Source of the DNA: an uncultured Rikenellaceae bacterium
Lineage (GTDB): Bacteria; Bacteroidota; Bacteroidia; Bacteroidales; VadinHA17
Assembly: GCA_964642615.1 (NCBI GenBank)
Contig: CAZXSW010000007.1
Coordinates: forward strand, 2,298-66,297
Reading direction: 5' to 3'
Length of the DNA stretch: 64,000 nucleotides
Of this stretch, positions 50,260 to 56,571 are shown one piece after another. The notes beneath the pieces were generated by a model. The model saw only the letters and a list, made by a program, of their open reading frames with translations, ran no database searches and was not told the origin of the DNA. A program made the translations under genes and the position numbers. Within the stretch, counting starts at the first letter, position 1; each line of letters starts with the position of its first letter.

Positions 50260-50360
50260 CCTGAAACCGGAATTGCGCTTTCGGGCTGACCGTCGGGCTG
50301 CTGCTGTCAGTTTTTGGAGTTAATGCTACTTTCTTTCAGGCCCGGCAAGAGGCGGTATTG

Positions 50361-51128
50361 CTAAATATCAAGTATAATGCCTACCGGGCAATGGTCTGAT
50401 CCGGTTATTTCTTCATGAATAAAGGAGTCTTTCACCTTAGGGAGGAAGTAACTGCTTACAAGGAAATAATCGATTCTCCAGCCTATGTTTCTCGATCTTG
50501 CGCCTGCCCTGAAGCTCCACCAGGTGTATCTTCCGGCCATTTCAGGATAAAAATGGCGGAAAGTATCAGCCAGACCGCCACCGGTCAGCCTGTCCATACC
50601 GTCTATTTCTTCCTGCATATACCCTGCTGCCTTGTTGTAGTTCTCTTTAGGCCTGGCCAGGTCAATACTCCTGTGTGCCACATTCAGGTCGCCGCAGACG
50701 ACAACCGGTTTGGTTTTTTCAAGTTCCTTAAGGTATCCGAAAAATGCCTTGTCCCATTCCTGCCTGTAACCCAGTCTCAGGAGCTCACTCCCTGAATTCG
50801 GCACATATACATTTACAAGGAAGAACTGTTCAAACTCAAGGCATAAAACCCTGCCCTCAGTGTCATGTTCTGCAATTCCGATGTCGTAAGTCACATTAAG
50901 AGGTCTGATCCTTGAAATAACAGCTGTTCCTGAATAACCCGGCCTTATGGCTGAGTTGGAATATATATACAGGCCACTCAGTGGTTCAAGGGTTTCAGCA
51001 ACCTGACCATCCTGTGCCTTTGTCTCCTGCAGGCATGTTATGTCGGCGTCAAGAAATTCAAGATCGCTGAAGAAAGATTTCTTTGCTATCGCTCTTATGC
51101 CGTTGACGTTCCATGAAATGATCTTCAT
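50361..51128 (-). CDS. xth: exodeoxyribonuclease III
   Basis: The start is at MKIISWNVNGIRA (ATG 51128). The motifs are CLQETK, GDLNVAH, WWS.R and the C-terminal SDHCPV. Confidence 0.9.
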   Translation of the reverse strand: MKIISWNVNGIRAIAKKSFFSDLEFLDADITCLQETKAQDGQVAETLEPLSGLYIYSNSAIRPGYSGTAVISRIRPLNVTYDIGIAEHDTEGRVLCLEFEQFFLVNVYVPNSGSELLRLGYRQEWDKAFFGYLKELEKTKPVVVCGDLNVAHRSIDLARPKENYNKAAGYMQEEIDGMDRLTGGGLADTFRHFYPEMAGRYTWWSFRAGARSRNIGWRIDYFLVSSYFLPKVKDSFIHEEITGSDHCPVGIILDI

Positions 51129-51281
51129 ATGCGGTAATAAATTAATCAATATCCTGTAAAGATTCCATATCCGGGATAATTTTCAGGACTATGGTTATGC
51201 CCTTCGGGGTACTGCCTGAAGATAATATCTTTGATTCAAAAATGGCAGGAGTATGCCGCTAAAAATTCAAGGAGTCTTAGG

Positions 51282-51620
51282 TCAGAGTACCCTTGTTGAG
51301 GCAAGGGGTTTCGGAGCTTTGACGACCAGGATCCGGGCCCTGGCTTCGGAACTGTTTGACAGGCAGTGGATGATGTCTTTCGGACTCTCAACAAGTCGGT
51401 CTGAGCTGACAGTCACTGTCTCGTCACCAACCCTTATATCAACATCTCCTTCGAGGATGTAAAAAAAGACATCCACAGGAGTGATATGGGGTTTCAGTGA
51501 CTCTCCCGGCTTTAGTGTTATATGCATAACCTGTGCGCTGTCGAGGTCGTACAGCTTCCTTACGTCAACCTTGTGTGGTGTTTCGACAATGCTTTTATCT
51601 TTCCAGTCGGTAATTATCAT
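51282..51620 (-). CDS. cupin domain protein
   Basis: 112 aa with the cupin_2 pattern PGESLKPH......FFYILEG...I.VGDE. Confidence 0.7.
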   Translation of the reverse strand: MIITDWKDKSIVETPHKVDVRKLYDLDSAQVMHITLKPGESLKPHITPVDVFFYILEGDVDIRVGDETVTVSSDRLVESPKDIIHCLSNSSEARARILVVKAPKPLASTRVL

Positions 51621-51626
51621 ATTTAT

Positions 51627-52175
51627 CTATTTTAAGGAAGGATCCCCCTTCCATAGTCCTTTATTGCCTTTTCGTGCCCCTGAAGCCAGTTCAGTGAATG
51701 TACCTGCATGCCTTACATTGGGTGGAACAGTCATTACAGTTGCGTAACCGTTCTTTACCATCTCGGCATTGACGAAGGTACCATCCTCAAGAAATACATA
51801 CGCCAGTGTGCGTCCATACCTGTCATACCTCGAAACATCGAATTCAAGTCTTACCTTTTTGTTATATAACAACTCTTTGAGGTAAATGGTTGACTCTGCC
51901 CCGAAGAAACTTTTTGTCTTTGTTCCGGTATTGCGTGGTTCGGGCGAGTCGATTCCTGTCAGACGTATCTTCAACCCCTTTGAACTGCCGTCATCAATCC
52001 AGAATGTATCGCCGTCGACTATTTTCTTAACAGGGAACCATATTCCGTCAGCAGGGCTGACGGCGGTTGATGGAAGGGTTTTTTCAGAAGCCTGTTCTGA
52101 GATGGCCGTTACCTTGTCCTGCGAAAATGCAGTAAAAGGCAGAATGGCCAGGAGTATTTGGAGAATATATTTCAC
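51627..52175 (-). CDS. secreted thermonuclease (SNase) family protein
   Basis: 182 aa with a signal peptide. The motifs are IRLTGIDSPE, DRYGRTLAYVF and VNAEMVKNGYA. Confidence 0.8.
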   Translation of the reverse strand: MKYILQILLAILPFTAFSQDKVTAISEQASEKTLPSTAVSPADGIWFPVKKIVDGDTFWIDDGSSKGLKIRLTGIDSPEPRNTGTKTKSFFGAESTIYLKELLYNKKVRLEFDVSRYDRYGRTLAYVFLEDGTFVNAEMVKNGYATVMTVPPNVRHAGTFTELASGARKGNKGLWKGDPSLK

Positions 52176-52270
52176 CTGTCAGATCAGATAGTGATTATTA
52201 CAAATAAAGGATCGGCAATTTAAGAAATTATTCCTTTTGCTTTTACTGACAAGCCTGTTAAGAAAAAGAG

Positions 52271-53539
52271 CTATTCCATCTCCCTGGCAATAGCCATTGC
52301 CGCTATTGTCCCGTCGGCCACTGCTGTTGTTATCTGCCTGTATTTTTTGCTTATGACATCTCCTACAGCATAAATGCCTGGTATGCTTGTCTGCATATCT
52401 TCATCTGTAATGATGAAGCCCCGGTTATCAAGCTTAAGCTTATCGCTGAAGAGTTCAACGTTGGGTTTCATTCCAATGAATACAAAGACGCCGTCACTTA
52501 CAAGCTCTGTTTTCTCACCCGTTTTTACATTTTTCGTAAGGGTAATAAGCTTATCTCCTTCTTTTCTGAATTCCCTGGGTTCATTATTGAAAATGAAATT
52601 CATCTTAGGATTTTTAAATATCCGTTCCTGGGCCTGCTTATTGGCTGTAAGTTTATCGAACTGGTGAACCAGGGTAATCCTGGATGCAAACTTGCTTATA
52701 TATTCCGATTCTTCTACTGCAGAGTTACCTCCTCCAATAACGACGACATCCTTGTCGTTAAAATATTTGGCATCGCAGGTTGCGCAATAGGAGATACCCC
52801 TGCCTTTAAGTTCTTTTTCGCCTGCAGCACCAGTGAGGTTGGGAGTGGTACCGGTGGCGATAACTATTTTTTTTGCCTTTATTGTCTCGTACTCATCTAT
52901 AACAACCTCTTTTTTTACAAGGTCGACAGAGGTAACATCCACAGCCACTTTGTATACTGTTCCGCAAAGCTTGGTCTGCTCACTCATGTTGTGCGACAGA
53001 AGAAAGCCGGGCTGGGGCTCAATAAATCCGGGATAGTTTGAAACCTGATGGGTTGTTGACACATTTCCTCCCGGCAAAGCAAGGTCAATGAGCACGGTAT
53101 TTATCTTTGACTGGCATAGATATAATCCGGCAGTAAGTCCTCCCGGTCCGGCTCCCAGAACAATTACATCGAACTCAGATACCGAAGGTTTAATTGTTGA
53201 CTTTATCGCGCCGGCTCTTTCGGGTGTAAGCATGGAATCGAGATTTTTAATGATCTCACTTCTTTTTATGCCGCCACCCAGTCTTCCCGAAATCTCCTTT
53301 CCGTTGTCATAGAAAAGAAGTGTCGGGGATGATTTAACTCCCAGCTTTTCTGCAAGCTCTCTGTTTTCCTGACGGAATATTTTCAGGAATTTTATATCCT
53401 TTCCGTATAGTAATGAAAGGTCCTCAAATTTTGAAGCAAGAGCCTCGCACGGAGGACATTCGCTCGAATAAAAATCAAGTACTACTTTTCCACCATCGAT
53501 AACTTCATTGTCAAATTCCTGAGCAGTGATCTCTTTCAT
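52271..53539 (-). CDS. thioredoxin::thioredoxin-reductase fusion protein (N-terminal Trx domain with a CPPC motif fused to a low-Mr TrxR)
   Basis: 422 aa from ATG 53539 (MKEITAQEFD...). The Trx fold is VVLDFYSSECPPCEAL...SSPTLLFY. The TrxR part has VIVLGAGPGGLTAG (FAD), the redox-active CATCD and VIGGGNSAVEE (NADPH). The ATG overlaps the TGA of the radical SAM gene (ATGA). Confidence 0.85.
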   Translation of the reverse strand: MKEITAQEFDNEVIDGGKVVLDFYSSECPPCEALASKFEDLSLLYGKDIKFLKIFRQENRELAEKLGVKSSPTLLFYDNGKEISGRLGGGIKRSEIIKNLDSMLTPERAGAIKSTIKPSVSEFDVIVLGAGPGGLTAGLYLCQSKINTVLIDLALPGGNVSTTHQVSNYPGFIEPQPGFLLSHNMSEQTKLCGTVYKVAVDVTSVDLVKKEVVIDEYETIKAKKIVIATGTTPNLTGAAGEKELKGRGISYCATCDAKYFNDKDVVVIGGGNSAVEESEYISKFASRITLVHQFDKLTANKQAQERIFKNPKMNFIFNNEPREFRKEGDKLITLTKNVKTGEKTELVSDGVFVFIGMKPNVELFSDKLKLDNRGFIITDEDMQTSIPGIYAVGDVISKKYRQITTAVADGTIAAMAIAREME

Positions 53540-54870
53540 ATTACCTGTTGATTTAAATAAACTGAAAATCCAAGTTCCATAAGTTCCTTTACAGGACGGC
53601 AATCAGGGGCATTTATGATACCCGTTCTGTTTTTTGCCACCGAGCCGCATCCTCCTCCGCAGGCAAGCTGAACAGGGCAGCTTTTGCATTCGGGAATCGA
53701 AGTGACATCGCGTGTTTCCCATTTTTCTATTAATTCGTCCTTTCTGGTGACATCGGGATAAAAAGTCCCCAGCAGCTCATCTCTTTTCCCAACCGTTGCC
53801 GTGCACGAATAGATACCTCCTGTATAGTCAAAGGCCCATTCTGTCTTGCAGGCGGGACATGAATCGAAGAGGGGATCGGGAAGAGTTCCGTTTTCGGAAA
53901 GGAATTTTGTCAGTGACCATGCGGGCTTGTAAAATTCCTGAATATGAGGATGGATCTTTACAAGCTCAAATATCTTCTCATAAAGTGATAGCCTGTCAAA
54001 AAGCTTTTCAGGTGCTGACTGACAATGATGAAGCTCATAATTGCGGCCTATCTGTGTTTTAAAAAGACCGCTGCCTGTCCAGCCACTGTCAATTGCATAC
54101 CGTGCGAGATTGGGTAAGTCATCAATATTATCCTTGTCGGCTACCATACGAAGGTTAATATTGATTCCGTTTTCGAGGCAGGCATCAATCCCTTTTGCTA
54201 TTTTCTCAAAGGTTTTTCCTCCGCCTTTTAATGATCTCCTGGTGTCGTGAATTACAGCAGTGCCATCGAGAGTAACCTGGATCTCCCTTATTATGCCTTT
54301 TTGCAGGACAGGGATATACTCTTCAAGATAATAACCATTGGTTACAAAACAGAGGGGAAGACCAGCACCGGCAGATTTTTCGACTATATAGGATATCAGC
54401 TCTTTCTGTGCCGGATTTCCCAGCATAGGCTCCCCGCCGAATATTGTAATATATTTTCTCCGCGATGCAAACTCCTTATCCACATATATGAAGAAAGTAT
54501 CAATAATTTCTTTTGTAAGAGCTTGTGAAGTATAGCTGTACTGATCCTGGTAACAATAGCTGCAGGCAAAGTTGCAACTGTAGTTTGTCACGAAAAATAT
54601 CTGAATTTCTTCATCTTCCCTGTTATCTATGAAATCGAGATATTTACTGCGGTAAAGCTTTTCTTCTTCAGACTCTTCAGACAGATAGCCTTTTTCAGTC
54701 AGTTCATCCGTGAAGGCCCTGTCATCAGGATTTCCACCTTCGATGATAAGCTTTAACTTAGTGGCATCTTCCTTATTAAGTATGTCAGCATTACCTGAGA
54801 GGACATTAACTATGAAATAGTTCTCAGAATCTCTTATCCTTGAGAAGATGTTGTGTTTTGAATATTTCAT
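53536..54870 (-). CDS. radical SAM/SPASM-domain peptide-maturase-like enzyme
   Basis: 444 aa. CNFACSYC (CX3CX2C) lies at residues 99-106, after an extension of about 90 aa (NIFSRIRDSENYFIVNVLSGNADIL, as in peptide maturases). A complete SPASM motif is present: CKTEWAFDYTGGIYSC (CX9GX4C) ... CKSCPVQLACGGGC (CX2CX5CX3C) ... C. Confidence 0.9.
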   Translation of the reverse strand: MKYSKHNIFSRIRDSENYFIVNVLSGNADILNKEDATKLKLIIEGGNPDDRAFTDELTEKGYLSEESEEEKLYRSKYLDFIDNREDEEIQIFFVTNYSCNFACSYCYQDQYSYTSQALTKEIIDTFFIYVDKEFASRRKYITIFGGEPMLGNPAQKELISYIVEKSAGAGLPLCFVTNGYYLEEYIPVLQKGIIREIQVTLDGTAVIHDTRRSLKGGGKTFEKIAKGIDACLENGININLRMVADKDNIDDLPNLARYAIDSGWTGSGLFKTQIGRNYELHHCQSAPEKLFDRLSLYEKIFELVKIHPHIQEFYKPAWSLTKFLSENGTLPDPLFDSCPACKTEWAFDYTGGIYSCTATVGKRDELLGTFYPDVTRKDELIEKWETRDVTSIPECKSCPVQLACGGGCGSVAKNRTGIINAPDCRPVKELMELGFSVYLNQQVI

Positions 54871-54873
54871 TTA

Positions 54874-54978
54874 TCAGTCGTGGCAGCCTGCAACTGTTTT
54901 TGAGGTTTTTGCACAACACTGAGCCACTTTGGCTTTACTTTTTGTCTTGTCCGTTTTTTTTCTGATAAAACTTTTCAT
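54874..54978 (-). CDS. unannotated 34-aa Cys-containing peptide (candidate rSAM/SPASM substrate or RiPP precursor)
   Basis: Hand translation of the minus strand gives ATG(54978)...TGA(54874) = MKSFIRKKTDKTKSKAKVAQCCAKTSKTVAGCHD. It begins 8 nt after the thioredoxin stop, and its TGA is followed by TAA and then the ATG of the radical SAM gene. It occupies 105 of the 116 intergenic nt. Confidence 0.55.
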   Translation of the reverse strand: MKSFIRKKTDKTKSKAKVAQCCAKTSKTVAGCHD

Positions 54979-54986
54979 GATTTCTT

Positions 54987-55454
54987 TTATTTGATTTTAA
55001 GTATTTCATTTATAGCACCAACAAGGGCTTCCCTGGGAAGAGCTCCCATAGTCCCCTGAGGAGGCCCTTCAGCAGGAATGAAAAGCAGTGTCGGCAGACT
55101 TGTTATGCCAAGCGTTTGAGCCAGAAGCTGCTCCTTGTCTGTATCCACCTTATAGACATCTATCTTCCCCGAATATTCCTTTGCAATCTCTTCAACAAGA
55201 GGAGATAGCTGCCTGCAGGGAGGACACCAGTCGGCATAAAAATCAATGATAGCCGGTCTTTCGCCTTCAAATTTCCATTCCTTATTTATGTCATAATTGA
55301 AGATCATTTCCTTGAATGAATCGTTGGAAAGGGTCCTTACAGCGCCTTCTCCGGCAATTTCTGAGACAGCAGTTGCCTCCGGACGCCTGTCGGCTTTGCA
55401 ATCACTGAATATCAGCGTAAAGCCTGCGATCAATATTAAAAAATATTTACTCAT
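54987..55454 (-). CDS. exported thioredoxin-family protein (probable lipoprotein) with a WCPPC active site
   Basis: 155 aa. The signal sequence is MSKYFLILIAGFTLIFSDC. The Trx fold is AIIDFYADWCPPCRQLSP....YKVDTD......LGI.SLPTLLFIP. Confidence 0.85.
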   Translation of the reverse strand: MSKYFLILIAGFTLIFSDCKADRRPEATAVSEIAGEGAVRTLSNDSFKEMIFNYDINKEWKFEGERPAIIDFYADWCPPCRQLSPLVEEIAKEYSGKIDVYKVDTDKEQLLAQTLGITSLPTLLFIPAEGPPQGTMGALPREALVGAINEILKIK

Positions 55455-55506
55455 CTTCTGTCAAATAGATATTGATATTTGTAATTATTTAAATAATTTT
55501 TTTTCT

Positions 55507-55539
55507 GCCTGCATGGCTGTGTGCTAAATCAATGCAGGC
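55507..55539. other. 8-bp hairpin GCCTGCAT/ATGCAGGC (17-nt loop) in the gap between the methyltransferase and thioredoxin genes
   Basis: Read directly from the sequence. On the transcribed (minus) strand it is followed by A8 rather than a U-tract, so it is not a canonical terminator. Confidence 0.4.
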
Positions 55540-55552
55540 AACAGCAGATTAT

Positions 55553-56179
55553 TTATTTCTTTTTTCCTGTAATGGTCCAGCTGCTAACCAGTACACTGCC
55601 TTTTTCATAGGGGGCAGATTCTTCGAGCACTGTTACTGAATTGAATCCTGCATTTTCGAGCTGACCTGAATATTCATTCCTGGTTACAGCCCCGGCCCAG
55701 CATTCGGCCACAGCTTCAGGATCATTCCTGTATTTGTCGGGAACAGGCTCGAGGGAATATATATCACTTACAACAAATCTTCCACCGGGTTTGAGAATAC
55801 GGTTTACTTCATTCCATACAGATTGTTTATCTGAAGAATGATTGATTGTGCAGTTTGAAATTACCAGATCGACACTTGAATCATCGAGACATAGTTTCTC
55901 AAGCGGGCAGTTAAGAAAGCTTACGTTTTTAACACCAAGACGTTCGGCTGTATTTCTTGCTTTCTGAAGCATGCCCTCTGAAATATCTATTCCATATACA
56001 AAGCCCTGTGGACCTGCTGACTCAGCCATCCTTAACACATCAGTTCCCCTTCCGCTTCCCAGATCAACTATAGTCTCTCCTTCAGAAACCTCAGAATGGT
56101 TTATAGCCCCTCCACATGAGAGGCAACAATCTGTGTCTGCCAGTGTACTGTATCTTTTATTTATTTCAATATTATTCAT
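55553..56179 (-). CDS. arsM: ArsM-like SAM-dependent methyltransferase (short form)
   Basis: 208 aa. It has an N-terminal Cys cluster DCCLSCGG, the SAM motif I VDLGSGRGTD, VISNCTINHSSDK and ECWAGA. The Cys placement matches the arsenite methyltransferase pattern (SNCVINL, C.AGA). Confidence 0.6.
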   Translation of the reverse strand: MNNIEINKRYSTLADTDCCLSCGGAINHSEVSEGETIVDLGSGRGTDVLRMAESAGPQGFVYGIDISEGMLQKARNTAERLGVKNVSFLNCPLEKLCLDDSSVDLVISNCTINHSSDKQSVWNEVNRILKPGGRFVVSDIYSLEPVPDKYRNDPEAVAECWAGAVTRNEYSGQLENAGFNSVTVLEESAPYEKGSVLVSSWTITGKKK

Positions 56180-56198
56180 AGTGAAAATCAGGTTAATA

Positions 56199-56453
56199 TC
56201 AGTCCTGTTTTTTCTGCGCCCCTTTACCCGGAGAAGGTGTGATAAGGAAACCCAATAAACCTCCCATTATAATGCTTCCCCATGGTGTGCTTGTTATCGG
56301 ACAGGTCCCGGAATTACATCCGATAAAGTAATAATAAAGATATCCTGCCACAGCTCCGGTTGCTACTCCCAGGAAAGGTCTCCAGAAATGCCACGACTTA
56401 AAAAAATCCATTCCGGATTTTGGTTTTGTTGTTGCAGATAAGTCAGAATCCAT
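56199..56453 (-). CDS. DUF6132-like small membrane protein with a GCNSGTCPITS motif
   Basis: 84 aa (or 70 aa from the second Met at 56411). It has two TM segments flanking a GC-x-SG-x-C-P-I-T-S motif. Confidence 0.6.
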   Translation of the reverse strand: MDSDLSATTKPKSGMDFFKSWHFWRPFLGVATGAVAGYLYYYFIGCNSGTCPITSTPWGSIIMGGLLGFLITPSPGKGAQKKQD

Positions 56454-56475
56454 TAATCAGTATTTATTTTTTTTG

Positions 56476-56483
56476 CAAAGATA
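56476..56483 (-). promoter_or_regulatory. putative -7 promoter box TATCTTTG for the minus-strand DUF6132/arsM(/trx-peptide-rSAM) transcription unit
   Basis: The plus strand reads CAAAGATA, 23-30 nt upstream of the ATG at 56453. Confidence 0.45.
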
Positions 56484-56492
56484 TAAATTTTA

Positions 56493-56506
56493 TGCGATAA
56501 ATCGCA
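56493..56506. promoter_or_regulatory. palindrome TGCGAT-AA-ATCGCA in the divergent control region (candidate operator)
   Basis: A perfect 6-2-6 inverted repeat lies immediately upstream of the minus-strand -7 box and 41 nt upstream of the plus-strand -7 box. Confidence 0.4.
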
Positions 56507-56546
56507 ATAGTATCACTTAAATCATATTATTATCACTCATTTTTTT

Positions 56547-56554
56547 TATCTTTG
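56547..56554 (+). promoter_or_regulatory. putative -7 promoter box TATCTTTG for the zinc-ribbon ORF
   Basis: Perfect TAnnTTTG 18 nt upstream of the ATG at 56572. The 8-mer is identical to the divergent promoter box. Confidence 0.45.
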
Positions 56555-56571
56555 TTGTTAATAAGTACTTT

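Noticed and set aside
53540-53602. Longer start (Met at 53602) for the Trx::TrxR gene, and similar N-terminal extensions in the track (14729, 17555, 20543, 25007, 25473, 44931, 51149, 8831, 9239)
   Set aside because: The extensions overlap upstream genes or terminators, or they precede obvious signal peptides or domain starts. Internal ATGs give canonical N-termini and ATGA or short-gap coupling. The start choices remain predictions.
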